From IMG/VR virus record IMGVR_UViG_3300016484_000593, positions 1-25,675 of that record: 25,675 nucleotides of DNA; one strand, written 5' to 3'. Source of the stretch: a virus. Lineage: Duplodnaviria; Caudoviricetes. The translations under genes were made by a program, and so were the position numbers. Positions 16,003 to 25,568 of this stretch are shown here, piece after piece; the stretch's first letter is position 1; each line of letters begins with the position of its first letter. Under the pieces are notes generated by a model, which saw nothing but the letters and a program-made list of their open reading frames with translations, was not told the origin of the DNA and ran no database searches.

Positions 16003-16172
16003 TCGACATGCGCGGCGGCTTCCTCTACCAACACCGGCCCGACCTCATCCCCCACGGCCGCCTCACCGACGAAGAGCTGGCCCTGTGGGCCGTCTACCAC
16101 GACCGCCGCCGCGGCGAAGACGGCAGCACCGCCGCGCCCGCCGCCAACGCAAAGCGCCGCCGCCGGCGCTGA
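15945..16172 (+). CDS. gpT-like extension reached by -1 frameshift at G-GTA-AAG (15945-15951)
   Basis: The -1 frame is open (GKAARRLADD...LTDEELALW) to 16172; the heptamer resembles lambda G-GGA-AAG. Confidence 0.65.
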   Translation, partial: GKAARRLADDPSLYTHMRLIDMRGGFLYQHRPDLIPHGRLTDEELALWAVYHDRRRGEDGSTAAPAANAKRRRRR

Positions 16173-16193
16173 TCCACAAGGGCAGGGCAGGGC

Positions 16194-18140
16194 GTGGCCA
16201 CCGCACAAGTCATTGATGTCATCTTCCGCGGTCGCAACGACGCGGAAGCCGCCATCCGCAGCGTCGAAGACGGCCTGGCCAAGGTCGACAAAGTCGGCGA
16301 AAGCGTCGGAAGCGCCGGCAACGCCATCGACGGCCTGGCCAACCGCCTGGGCGCACTGGGGCCGCTTCTGGCCAGCGTCTTCAGCATCGCCACTGTCGCC
16401 CAACTTGCGCGCGAATTCACCGAGGCCAATGTCGAACTGGAGCGCTTTGTCCAAGCGGTCACGGCCATTCGCGGCACCGGCACATCGGCCCAAGAGCTTG
16501 ACTATCTGCGCTCCACATCAGACCGCCTCGGCCTGAGCGTCGGCGACACGACAAAAGCCTACGTCAACTTGCTGGCCGCCACCAAAGGTACATCGCTGGA
16601 GGGTGAAGCCGCCAGGCGCATCTTCGAGAACATCGGCAGTGCCATGTCGGTGCTCGGCAAATCATCCGCCGACACCGAGGGTGTTTTCGTCGCACTCACC
16701 CAGTCAATCAGCAAGAACCTCGTTCAATCGGAAGAGCTCAGGGGCCAAATCTCGGAGCGCCTGCCAGGGGCGTTTGCCATCTACGCCCGCTCATTGGGCG
16801 TAACAACAGCCCAGCTCTCAGACATGCTGAAAGAGGGCGAAGTCGGCATCGAGACATTGGTCGGATTTTCGGAGGAAGTAGCCAAGGCATTTGGCGCCCC
16901 TGAGCGTATTGACACCTACACAGCCGCTGTCAACCGCCTAGGCAATGCCTGGCAGCAAATGCTCCAAGGCATTGGCACAGCCATGGGTGGGCTCTCGGGT
17001 GGCGCGCTTGATTTTCTTGCCCGCGAGCTCGCCCTTTTCGGTGTTCAAACCGAGGCCATGATCACATCCGGCCGCGCGTTGATGAACGTCTTCCGCGGCG
17101 GCTCGTTCGACACGTTTGCCATCGAAGTCGGCATTGCCGACACCAAGGTGCGTGATTTCAGACTGGCAACCGAAAGCGGCAACCAGTCCCTCGCCGAAAC
17201 CGCCCGCATCGCCCGCCAGGCCGCCGACGCCATCGGGGGCCTTGGCGACCAGTCCGACGCCGAAACCGCGCGCCTCACGCGCCAAGCCAACGCGCAAGCC
17301 CAGGCCATCAAGGACGTGGCCGACGCCTTCAAATTCTTGGGCGTCAACCCCGATAAGGTCAACGGCGACGTGTCCAAGGTCATCCAGGCCTTCGACACCC
17401 TGACCAACAGCCCCAGCGTCCGCGGCGACCAGATGCTCGCCGGCCTGGAGGCCGTGCTCAAGAAGATCGACGACGCCAAATACCTGCCGCGCCTGAAAGA
17501 CGACCTGCAGGCCGCGTGGGAACAAGGCCGCATCACGTCCGACGAGCTCGCCAAGGGCATGGGCCTGATCGCCAAGGAACAAGAGGGCCTCGACAAGAAA
17601 CTCGGCGTCACCACCAAGTCCATCGCCGACCAGGCGCGCGAAGCCGAACGCGCCCGCGACAAGGCCCAGCAATGGGCCCTGGAAATGGAAAAGCTCGCCA
17701 GCAACGAGCGCATCAAGGCCATCGAAGCCCGTGTCACGCTCAACGTCGAGCAGGTGAAGGCCGACACCGAGCGCATCAAGGCTGCTTTCCAGTCGCTGGA
17801 CAACACGGTCAACAGCACCGCCGACGTCATCAACAAGGCCTTCGGCGCGCTCTCGGGCTCCAACGATCTGATGGATTCCAGCGTCCGCAACAAGCTGTTC
17901 GACCAGATCGACCAGGAAAACGCCAACCGATCGGCCGCCCTGCGCACCCAAGAGCGCCTGACCGAAGCCCAGATCCGCGTGCTCGACGCCCAGGCCCGCA
18001 ACCTGCAAAACGGCGACGCCATGATCAAGGTCGACGGCTCCGGCCTCAAGCCCCACCTCGAGGCCTTTATGTGGGAAATCCTCAAGGCCATCCAGGTCCG
18101 CACCAACAAAGACGGCCTCAACATGCTGCTGGGAGCCTGA
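16194..18140 (+). CDS. Tail tape measure protein
   Basis: Tape-measure domain ALTQSISKNLVQSEELRGQISERLPGA...LGVT...L..M...G; helical Ala-rich body, 648 aa. Confidence 0.93.
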   Translation: MATAQVIDVIFRGRNDAEAAIRSVEDGLAKVDKVGESVGSAGNAIDGLANRLGALGPLLASVFSIATVAQLAREFTEANVELERFVQAVTAIRGTGTSAQELDYLRSTSDRLGLSVGDTTKAYVNLLAATKGTSLEGEAARRIFENIGSAMSVLGKSSADTEGVFVALTQSISKNLVQSEELRGQISERLPGAFAIYARSLGVTTAQLSDMLKEGEVGIETLVGFSEEVAKAFGAPERIDTYTAAVNRLGNAWQQMLQGIGTAMGGLSGGALDFLARELALFGVQTEAMITSGRALMNVFRGGSFDTFAIEVGIADTKVRDFRLATESGNQSLAETARIARQAADAIGGLGDQSDAETARLTRQANAQAQAIKDVADAFKFLGVNPDKVNGDVSKVIQAFDTLTNSPSVRGDQMLAGLEAVLKKIDDAKYLPRLKDDLQAAWEQGRITSDELAKGMGLIAKEQEGLDKKLGVTTKSIADQAREAERARDKAQQWALEMEKLASNERIKAIEARVTLNVEQVKADTERIKAAFQSLDNTVNSTADVINKAFGALSGSNDLMDSSVRNKLFDQIDQENANRSAALRTQERLTEAQIRVLDAQARNLQNGDAMIKVDGSGLKPHLEAFMWEILKAIQVRTNKDGLNMLLGA

Positions 18141-18146
18141 CGCACC

Positions 18147-18503
18147 ATGCCCCAGGCCATCCTCTCCACCCTCGAATACGACGGCACCGCGCCCGTGCAG
18201 CTCGCGCTGCTGCCCGCCGCCGAAACCGGCAACGTGCAGCGCCGCGCCAACCGCGTGGCCACGCTGGACGGTGGCGCCGTGTTCAACGATTTCGGCTTCA
18301 GCCAGGCCGACCGCACCTTCGAACTGCGCTGGTCCCCCACATCCGCCGCGCAAGAGGCCGACATCGCCCGCCTGGTGCGCAGCTACCCCAAGCTCACCTG
18401 CGCGCTGGCCGAAGGCCTCTTCCTCGCCGCGCCGCTGGCCTACACGCCCGGCGACCGCGAAAGCCGCCTCACCCTGCTGGTTGACAGGCGCCTGGACGCC
18501 TGA
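18147..18503 (+). CDS. Minor tail protein (distal-tail position)
   Basis: Follows the tape measure gene; RRANRVATLDGG motif. Confidence 0.55.
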   Translation: MPQAILSTLEYDGTAPVQLALLPAAETGNVQRRANRVATLDGGAVFNDFGFSQADRTFELRWSPTSAAQEADIARLVRSYPKLTCALAEGLFLAAPLAYTPGDRESRLTLLVDRRLDA

Positions 18504-18581
18504 CGCCCGCGCCGACACAGCCACAACACCGCCCCCAACACCGCCCACCACACCTACCGCCCCACATCAGGAGCCGCCACC

Positions 18582-18968
18582 ATGCCCGCACCCACCACCG
18601 CCACCTACAGCGCCGCCGCCCTGGTGGCCGCGAATACCTCGTTCCGCGACCTGCTGGACAGCGGCGCCGCGGCCCTGCTGCGCATCCGCGATGCATCCGA
18701 CGTGCTGCTCGTGTCCTACACCCTGTCCGACCCCTGCGGCAGCGTCAACGGCACCACCGGCGTGCTCACCATCACCGCGCCATCGGCCGTCAACGCCGCC
18801 GCCAGCGGCACCGCCGCCTATGCCGAGCTGTGCACCAGCGGTGGCACCGTGCACCTCTCCCTGCCCGCCCAGGCCGGCACCACCGCCGTCGCCGGCAAGG
18901 TCGTGCTCAACACCCTGGCCCTCGTCTCCGGCGCGCCGGTGAGCATCGTCTCCATCGTCATCGGCTGA
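18582..18968 (+). CDS. Minor tail/structural protein
   Basis: RBS CAGGAG; L.I.D....L.....L..P.G....G.LT...ASGTA.YA pattern. Confidence 0.6.
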   Translation: MPAPTTATYSAAALVAANTSFRDLLDSGAAALLRIRDASDVLLVSYTLSDPCGSVNGTTGVLTITAPSAVNAAASGTAAYAELCTSGGTVHLSLPAQAGTTAVAGKVVLNTLALVSGAPVSIVSIVIG

Positions 18969-18999
18969 TCGGTAGCGCAGCGCCAATTCAGTCGCCGCC

Positions 19000-20538
19000 A
19001 TGGGCGCCGGGTTTCATTTTCATTTCGACGCCGACCTCACGGACGAGCGCGGGCACAGTTGGACCGCGTCGGGCTCGCCGGCTATTCAGGCGGGCGCCGC
19101 CAAATTCGGGGCGGGCGGTGCATATTTCAACGGATCCTCTGGCCTTTACATCCAGCCATCGACGGGCAGTGACTTCCGCGCCACCGGCCAATTCACGCTA
19201 GAGGGCTGGGCGCGCCTAGATACCGCCGGCGATGGCCACTTGGTGGCCATGATGCAAGGCGGCGAGTCGAATTACCACTCTGCATGGAGTATCTGGTACA
19301 CGAGCGCGGCGCTCATCCTCTACAGCGGCTACCACGGCAACATCGTTACCGCGGCCAACCCGCCACGGAACACACTATTCCACTTTGCGTGGACACGCGA
19401 CGCCGCTGGCGACATGCGCCTCTTCATCAATGGCGCCCTGCAGCAGTCAGCCGTCTTCAACGACTGGGTCATCGATCCCAACATTCTGACGATCGGCACC
19501 TATGTTTCGGCCATCGGGAACAACTACGCCAACCTCACAGGGGCACTAGACGAACTCATTTTCGATATTGGCGTTTGCCGCTACACCGCCAACTTCACGC
19601 CCCCCACTGGCCCCTTCACCGGCCCCGCGGAAGCCCGCATCGCCTCCCCCGGCCCGCTCGGCACCCCCGCGCTGCTCGGCCACCACCAATTCGCCGGCCT
19701 ATCGGCGGCTGGCCCCCTGGGCGCCGCGGCCCTCGTCGCCTCGCAGTACTACGCCAGCCTCGCCGTCGACGGCCCGCTCGGCGCCCCCGCGCTGCTGGGC
19801 TTCCAGCAGTCCGCCATCGTCGCCGCTGCCAGCCCACTGGGCACACCGGCCCTGCTGGCCGCCCAGCAATTCGCCAGCCTCGCCGCCCCCGGCCCGCTGG
19901 GCACACCGCAACTGCTCGGCACCGTGCCCATCGTTGGCGTCATCGGCACACCCGGCCCCCTGGCCGCGCCGCAGCTCCTGGCCTGGCACGACTTCACCAC
20001 CGGCCTCACCGGTGCCGAAGCCATACGCTACGTCATGGACCTCGTCACGCCCGGCGGTCTGGTGCGTGTGCCCATCAGCAGTTGGCAGGCCACGCTGCAG
20101 ACCGATTCGGCCTGCTACGTGCAATGCGTGGTTCCGGCCGCCGCGCCATGGGCCAGCGCCATCCTGGCAGCCACCGACTTCGTCATCAGCCGCCAGGCCA
20201 CCACCGCCGGCGGCCAGGTCATCGAGTACGAAATGGCCCGCAGTGCGCTGGAGGTGCGCGAGCCCAGCCAAGGCCCCAACAACTACACCATCGTCCTGAG
20301 CGGCTACCCCGACGCCCTCACGCCCAACGACAACCCACCCGCCGCCCAAGACCGCGCGCTGACCGGTGTGCGCAGCGTCGCCGGCCTGCCCGGCAGCGTG
20401 CGCATGCGCGCCAATATCGACTGGCTGCTGCGCCCCGGCATGCGCGCCACCTACGCCAGCCAAGACATCCTGGTGGACTACATCAACTACTACGTGCCGG
20501 GCAACGACCAGTACATGGATGTCGGGGAGCGCTCCTGA
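19000..20538 (+). CDS. Tail protein with N-terminal LamG/ConA-like lectin domain and 20-aa repeats
   Basis: AKFGAGG.YFNG...FTLEGW...HFAWTR...RLFING...G.LDEL...GVCRYTANFTPPT.PF, then GPLG.PALL repeats. Confidence 0.8.
   Translation: MGAGFHFHFDADLTDERGHSWTASGSPAIQAGAAKFGAGGAYFNGSSGLYIQPSTGSDFRATGQFTLEGWARLDTAGDGHLVAMMQGGESNYHSAWSIWYTSAALILYSGYHGNIVTAANPPRNTLFHFAWTRDAAGDMRLFINGALQQSAVFNDWVIDPNILTIGTYVSAIGNNYANLTGALDELIFDIGVCRYTANFTPPTGPFTGPAEARIASPGPLGTPALLGHHQFAGLSAAGPLGAAALVASQYYASLAVDGPLGAPALLGFQQSAIVAAASPLGTPALLAAQQFASLAAPGPLGTPQLLGTVPIVGVIGTPGPLAAPQLLAWHDFTTGLTGAEAIRYVMDLVTPGGLVRVPISSWQATLQTDSACYVQCVVPAAAPWASAILAATDFVISRQATTAGGQVIEYEMARSALEVREPSQGPNNYTIVLSGYPDALTPNDNPPAAQDRALTGVRSVAGLPGSVRMRANIDWLLRPGMRATYASQDILVDYINYYVPGNDQYMDVGERS
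19645..19985 (+). repeat. 60-bp degenerate tandem repeat, 6 copies (xGPLGxPALL)
   Basis: GP/SP codons start at 19651, 19711, 19771, 19831, 19891 and 19954. Confidence 0.9.
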
Positions 20539-22052
20539 TGGGCCGCGCTGTCATCGCCGGCGGCGGCACCGATGGCCGCTACACCATCACGGTGGACTAC
20601 GGCACCGCGCAAAAAGAGGCGCTGCTGGCCGCGCTGAACCAGTTGGTGGTGCGCTACGACGCCGAAATCAACAAGCAAATCGCCACCATGGCCACGCTGC
20701 TGGCCCGCGAGGCGGAACTGAAAGAGCAGCTGCGCATCGTCGGCACCGGCCTCATCCCGCCGCCCTATGCCGAGGCGGGCAACCCCATCAGCGACACCCT
20801 CAAAGCCACCATCCTCACCATCGCCAAAAAAGACCTGGAGCGCGTGCAAGACGCCCTGCGCCCCATGCAGCTCAACGGCGACAAGATGCGCTACGAGCGC
20901 GCCAACACCCTCACCAAGATCGCCACACTGAACACCGCCGTCAGCAGCATCACCAAACAGGCCTGGTGCACCACCTTCACAGAAGACGGAGCCGGCCCCG
21001 TCGCCACCATCGACATCAACGGCGAGAGCGACCTCACCCTCATCGCCCCCGACGCCCGCGCCTGGGCTCCCAGCGACGGCCTGATGACCATGCCCCACAT
21101 CATGAGCCCCGAGCAGTCGTTTCTGAACCTCGCCATCCTGCCCGGCTGGCAGAAACACATGCCCACCTACCGATGGGGCACCCTGACCGGCATCAACTAC
21201 GACAACGACACCGCCGACGTATCCCTAGCCCCCGCCACCAGCAGCGCCCAGCGCCTGGACATCAACAAGTTCACGCAGCTCTCGCGCATCCCCGTGAGCT
21301 ACATGAGCTGCAATGCCAAAGCCTTTGAGATAGGCGACCGCGTGGTGGTGCAGTTCATCCGCAGCGCCTTGGCCGGCGAATATGACGCCAAGGTCATCGG
21401 GTTTCTGGACAACCCGAAGCCGTGCGAAAAATACACCGCCTACCTGACCTATGAGGGCACAAAGGGGCCCGAGCCTGGCTTCCAGGAGCGCTACCGCGGC
21501 CAAACATGGGCGCCCATCACGGCGGATGCATCGCCCCATGCGCTCATCGCCTTCATGGGTTGGAGCGACGGCGTGGGGACGGCCGCCCGCAATGACGGGA
21601 AAGCCATCGCCAACCTGTACGCGCATCCCGTCTACCTCAACGCATCCGGCACCGCGTGGCCCGGGCATGACATGCGCCTGATCTCGCCCCGAACACGGAC
21701 CATCTACATCGTGCAAACGACGCTGACATCGATGTCGGCAACGCACGGCGCGCAGGGTTGGGGTGCGACGGCCACCATGAGCTACACCGTCACGCGCACG
21801 GATACAGCCTGGCCGGCCATTCCGGGCGGCAGCGTCACGGCCGATTCAACCGGCGCCAATTGGGTATTCCAAACCGGGGCGGAAGGCAGCGCCATCTTCA
21901 ACGCGGAAGGCCAAATCGCGGCGCAAGTGAACGCCCAAGAGCCGGCCACCCGCACTATCGATGAGCGCTTGGCATCGACCACGCCTGTCATTCATGTGGT
22001 CTGGAGCCGATCGGCGCCGCGCGTCTACACCGTCACCGCTCTGACAACCTGA
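20538..22052 (+). CDS. Tail tip/host-interaction protein, 504 aa
   Basis: TGATG coupling; MGRAVI..GG.DG.YT start, coiled coil, LPGWQK..PTYR.G and YM.CN..AF..GDRVVV.F motifs. Confidence 0.7.
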   Translation: MGRAVIAGGGTDGRYTITVDYGTAQKEALLAALNQLVVRYDAEINKQIATMATLLAREAELKEQLRIVGTGLIPPPYAEAGNPISDTLKATILTIAKKDLERVQDALRPMQLNGDKMRYERANTLTKIATLNTAVSSITKQAWCTTFTEDGAGPVATIDINGESDLTLIAPDARAWAPSDGLMTMPHIMSPEQSFLNLAILPGWQKHMPTYRWGTLTGINYDNDTADVSLAPATSSAQRLDINKFTQLSRIPVSYMSCNAKAFEIGDRVVVQFIRSALAGEYDAKVIGFLDNPKPCEKYTAYLTYEGTKGPEPGFQERYRGQTWAPITADASPHALIAFMGWSDGVGTAARNDGKAIANLYAHPVYLNASGTAWPGHDMRLISPRTRTIYIVQTTLTSMSATHGAQGWGATATMSYTVTRTDTAWPAIPGGSVTADSTGANWVFQTGAEGSAIFNAEGQIAAQVNAQEPATRTIDERLASTTPVIHVVWSRSAPRVYTVTALTT

Positions 22053-22061
22053 GCCACACCC

Positions 22062-22358
22062 ATGGACATTGAACCCCACCTCATCAAAGCCGCGCCCGGC
22101 GCCGTCGGCAGCTTCATCGCCATGTGGCGCCTGGCCGGCATCAACTGGTGGCAGCGCATCGTCTCATTCATCGGCGGCGTGGGCTGCAGCCACTGGCTCA
22201 CCGACGTGGTGCTCAGTGCCTTCCCCATCATGAGCCAGAACGCCACCAGCTTCGTGCTCGGCCTGTTCGGCATGTCGCTCATCGGCCAGGGATTTGAAGC
22301 CGTCGAAAGCCTCAACCTCACCAAGCTCCTGCCGCCGCGCTTCCGCAGAAAGGACTGA
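22062..22358 (+). CDS. Putative holin
   Basis: 98 aa, 2-3 hydrophobic segments, F.LGLFGMSL and basic C-terminus RFRRKD. Confidence 0.65.
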   Translation: MDIEPHLIKAAPGAVGSFIAMWRLAGINWWQRIVSFIGGVGCSHWLTDVVLSAFPIMSQNATSFVLGLFGMSLIGQGFEAVESLNLTKLLPPRFRRKD

Positions 22359-22364
22359 CCCGCC

Positions 22365-22883
22365 ATGTTTGCATCGCTCGCCACATTCCTGCACGACCTG
22401 GGCCTGCTGGTGTCCACCCAGGCCTTCCACATCGCCTGCCTGATCGTCATCCTGGGCGGCTGCATCCTCGCCGTGCTCACGCGCAGCTTTGACGACACCA
22501 TGGCCCAGCGCGCCGCCTTCATGCTCACGGCCCTGGGCGCCGTGCTGCAGCTCTCCCTCGTCGTCAAGACCGGCTACACCAGCCCAGGCTATGGCCTCAT
22601 GCTGGCCGGCTGCGCCCTCTACGTTGCCAGCACCGCGCTCAAGGTCTGGCGCCGCTGGCGGTCCGCCGGCCGTCCCGGCCACCCCCTGCGCCGCAGCACC
22701 GACCGCATGCCGCTGGACAGCGGCGCCGGGCCTCTGCCGTCCGCCTGGCCCGTCAGCGAAAGCGGATTCCCCGCCACCGTGCCCATGCCAGGCCGCCGCC
22801 GCGGCGATGCCTGGGTGCAGCCCTATCCACTCGGCACCCGCCCCACGCCACAAACCACCGCAACAACGGAGTCAAAGACATGA
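22365..22883 (+). CDS. Membrane protein of the lysis region
   Basis: Three to four hydrophobic segments followed by a Pro/Arg-rich tail. Confidence 0.55.
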   Translation: MFASLATFLHDLGLLVSTQAFHIACLIVILGGCILAVLTRSFDDTMAQRAAFMLTALGAVLQLSLVVKTGYTSPGYGLMLAGCALYVASTALKVWRRWRSAGRPGHPLRRSTDRMPLDSGAGPLPSAWPVSESGFPATVPMPGRRRGDAWVQPYPLGTRPTPQTTATTESKT

Positions 22884-23359
22884 TCACTGGAGCCCTTTCA
22901 GCCATCCTCAGCTTTTTCGGTGGAACCGCTTTTCGGTTGATCTTCGGCGAGCTGGTCGCCGCGTGGAACAAGAGGCAAGACCACGCCTATGAGATCGAGC
23001 GCATTCGCCTGCAGGCCGCCAACGACGCGGCCCAGCATGAGCGCAACATGGCCGCCATCAAGCAGCAGGCCGAGTTGGGTGTGCAGGTGATCCGGGTGGC
23101 CGCTGAAGGCGAGGTGGAGAAGATCACCGCCGACGCCTGGCGCAGCGCGGTGCAGGCCACAGGCAAAGCCACCGGCATCTGGTTGGTGGACCTGTGGAAC
23201 GGCGTCATCCGCCCCGGCCTGGCCACTGTGGCCATCGTCGCGTGGATCGGCAACTTCGCCGGCTGGTGGCAACTGAGCGAAAACGATTGGATGCTCACGG
23301 GCGGTGTGCTGGGCATCTACATCGCCGACCGAAGCTTGTTCAAGCGCGGCAAGAGCTAA
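22880..23359 (+). CDS. Membrane protein, 3TM-holin-like
   Basis: N-terminal hydrophobic helix, QD..YE coiled coil, W.VD..NG.IRP, two TM segments and a DRSL.KRGK end. Confidence 0.6.
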   Translation: MITGALSAILSFFGGTAFRLIFGELVAAWNKRQDHAYEIERIRLQAANDAAQHERNMAAIKQQAELGVQVIRVAAEGEVEKITADAWRSAVQATGKATGIWLVDLWNGVIRPGLATVAIVAWIGNFAGWWQLSENDWMLTGGVLGIYIADRSLFKRGKS

Positions 23360-23378
23360 GCGCGCCGTGGCGAACCCC

Positions 23379-23957
23379 ATGAGCCGCTTTGATTCAGCCA
23401 CCCTGGCCCGCGCCCTGGCCTACGTCGGCCGCCCGGTGCCGCCGGAATACCAGCCCACTGTCATCAGCGCCGCCGTGACCGCAGCCAACGACGCCGCGCC
23501 CGACACCTACGGCCAGGCCATCGAAGTCTGCGCCGTCCTGTGCCGCCGCTTCGAGGGCTTCCGCGCCGACCCCTACCTCTGCCCGGCCGGCGTTCCAAGC
23601 ATCGGCTACGGTGCCACGCACTACGCCGACGGCCGCCCCGTCAAGCTGACCGACCCACCCATCAGCAGCGCCCAGGCCGAGCGCCTGCTGCTGCTGATGA
23701 TCCGCCGCACCTACCTGCCCGCTCTGCTGCGCCAATGCCCGGCCATCGTGCACCAGGCACCCGGCCGCGTGGGCGCCCTGGCCGACTACACCTACAACCT
23801 GGGCGAGGGCAACTTGAGCGCCAGCAGCCTGCGCCGCAAGGTCAACGCGGGCGACTGGGCCAGCGTGCCCACTGAGCTGCGCAAGTGGGTTTATGCCGCC
23901 GGGCGCGTGCTGCACGGCCTAGTGCTGCGGCGTGAGGCGGAGGTGCAGCAATGCTGA
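23379..23957 (+). CDS. Endolysin, GH24 phage lysozyme
   Basis: FEGFRADPYLCPAGVPSIGYG, YNLG.G.L..SSL.RKVNAGDW and KWVYA.GRVL.GLV.RREAE motifs. Confidence 0.93.
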   Translation: MSRFDSATLARALAYVGRPVPPEYQPTVISAAVTAANDAAPDTYGQAIEVCAVLCRRFEGFRADPYLCPAGVPSIGYGATHYADGRPVKLTDPPISSAQAERLLLLMIRRTYLPALLRQCPAIVHQAPGRVGALADYTYNLGEGNLSASSLRRKVNAGDWASVPTELRKWVYAAGRVLHGLVLRREAEVQQC

Positions 23958-24172
23958 GCCAAACAGCCACCCGCTACCCGCGCCTCATCGTCGTGGCCGC
24001 CGTGCTGTGCGCCATGCCCAATAGCCGCGCCACCGAAGCCACAGACCCCCACCCGCCGCCCTTCGTCGCCCGCGTGTCCTGCGGCACCCTGCAGGGCTCC
24101 GGCGTGGTGGCTTTCACCGTCGGCGGCTGGGTCTTCAGCGTGCCGATCGTCTGCCAATCCTCCTCCACTTGA
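23951..24172 (+). CDS. Small hypothetical protein with signal-like N-terminus
   Basis: Overlaps the lysozyme stop; hydrophobic LIVVAAVLCA. Confidence 0.45.
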   Translation: MLSQTATRYPRLIVVAAVLCAMPNSRATEATDPHPPPFVARVSCGTLQGSGVVAFTVGGWVFSVPIVCQSSST

Positions 24173-24195
24173 TCCGCCTGACCACCGCCACCACC

Positions 24196-24930
24196 ATGCC
24201 CTACGCCCTCGGAAAATCCCCCGCCCAACGCGACCCGCGCAACCTGCTAATGGGCGCGCTCTTCACCAAGGCGCCCGCGCCGCCCGTTGCCTACGACGTC
24301 GACGACAACCGCCCCACCGTGCCCACGCCGATGTTTGCCAACGACGAACTGGGCTGCTGCGTCATCAGCGGCCGCGCCCACCAAACCCTGAGATTCGAGC
24401 GCCAGGAGCAGGGCAGGGCGCTGACCATTTCCGACGAAGACATCAAGGCCGAATACTTCCGCCAAACCGGCGGCGTCGATTCGGGCCTGGTCGTGCTCGA
24501 CAGTCTCAAGCAGTGGCGCAAGCAAGGCTGGCGAGCCGCCGGCCAAAACTACAAGATCCGCGCCTTCGCCGAAATCCGCCCGAGCAAAACCATGGAGCTC
24601 AAACGCGCCATCTGCGCCAACCTGGGCGTCGGCATCGGCCTGGAGTTGCCCCTCAGCGCGCAACGCCAGCTCGAGCGCGGCTTGCCCTGGACCACCACAC
24701 GCGGCGACAAAGCCGCCCCCGGCTCATGGGGCGGCCACTATGTCTACGTCGTCGGCTACACCCAGGCCGGACCCGTCTGCATCACTTGGGGCGCCCGCCA
24801 GCCCATGAGCTGGCGATTCTTCGGCCGCTACTGCTCCGAGGCCTACGCCATTTTCGACGCTCCCGACCTCAGCCAGCTACCGCCAGGCATCGACGGCGCC
24901 GCCGTCGAGCAATTCCTCCAGCAGCACTGA
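24196..24930 (+). CDS. Papain-like (C1-type) cysteine peptidase homologue
   Basis: NDELGCC (Cys), WGGHYVYVVGY (His) and ITWG in papain order. Confidence 0.65.
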   Translation: MPYALGKSPAQRDPRNLLMGALFTKAPAPPVAYDVDDNRPTVPTPMFANDELGCCVISGRAHQTLRFERQEQGRALTISDEDIKAEYFRQTGGVDSGLVVLDSLKQWRKQGWRAAGQNYKIRAFAEIRPSKTMELKRAICANLGVGIGLELPLSAQRQLERGLPWTTTRGDKAAPGSWGGHYVYVVGYTQAGPVCITWGARQPMSWRFFGRYCSEAYAIFDAPDLSQLPPGIDGAAVEQFLQQH

Positions 24931-24962
24931 TCAGCACTGAGCCCCGCGCCGCGCCCGCCACC

Positions 24963-25337
24963 ATGCCCGCCCGCCTGCCCTTCACCTGCCGCGTGCCCAT
25001 CTATGGCGGCACCCTGCGCCTGTTCACCACCCGCGCCGACTTCGTCACCTGGTGCCAATCCATCGGCCAACCCGCCGCCGCTGAAACCCCCTGCGCCGGC
25101 CGATCATTCAGCACCGCCGACAAGCTCGGCGCCATCACCTACACCATCGCCTGGCTCGACGGCCGCCTCACCACCTTGTCACACGAAACCAACCATACCG
25201 CCCTGCGCATCCTCAAACGCGCCGGCATGGCCCCCACCGACAGCGACGGTGAGGCCCTGTGCCACCTGCAGGCCGAACTGATGATGCTCTGCGGCGCCGA
25301 TGAATACGACCGCCCGCTCACCCAGCTGCGCGCCTGA
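24963..25337 (+). CDS. Small HExxH zinc-metallopeptidase-like protein
   Basis: TTLSHETNH...GEALCHL; ATG 24963. Confidence 0.6.
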   Translation: MPARLPFTCRVPIYGGTLRLFTTRADFVTWCQSIGQPAAAETPCAGRSFSTADKLGAITYTIAWLDGRLTTLSHETNHTALRILKRAGMAPTDSDGEALCHLQAELMMLCGADEYDRPLTQLRA

Positions 25338-25358
25338 CGCAACAACCCCCGCACACCC

Positions 25359-25556
25359 ATGAGCAACGGCGACCTGTGGGAAATCCCCGGCGGCCACCGC
25401 GCCATCGAAGTCGACGGCTCCACCCCCGACCGCCTCGCCCTGCGCATCATCCAGCCCGGCGAATGGCTCCAAGGCCGCCAAATCGTCGCCCGCAACCTCT
25501 GCACCAGGTTGCCAATGCGGTATTACCGGCAGGCGGACCCGCCCAAGCCGGTGTAA
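25359..25556 (+). CDS. Hypothetical protein, 65 aa
   Basis: Same strand and codon style as its neighbours. Confidence 0.5.
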   Translation: MSNGDLWEIPGGHRAIEVDGSTPDRLALRIIQPGEWLQGRQIVARNLCTRLPMRYYRQADPPKPV

Positions 25557-25568
25557 ATTCTGGTGTAA
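25550..25568. repeat. GGTGTAA direct repeat x2 (12-bp period), possible integrase arm-type sites
   Basis: At 25550-25556 and 25562-25568, ~75 bp from the tRNA fragment. Confidence 0.5.

Noticed and set aside
17180-17292. QS.AETAR..RQA duplication in the tape measure protein
   Set aside because: Short internal repeats are normal in tape measure proteins.
19284-22052. 922-aa ORF in the track
   Set aside because: The first ~418 codons are an Arg/Pro-rich off-frame shadow of 19000-20538; the real gene most likely starts at the coupled ATG 20538.
23951-24172. o-spanin lipoprotein
   Set aside because: The residues before Cys (AVL-C) do not fit the lipobox consensus.
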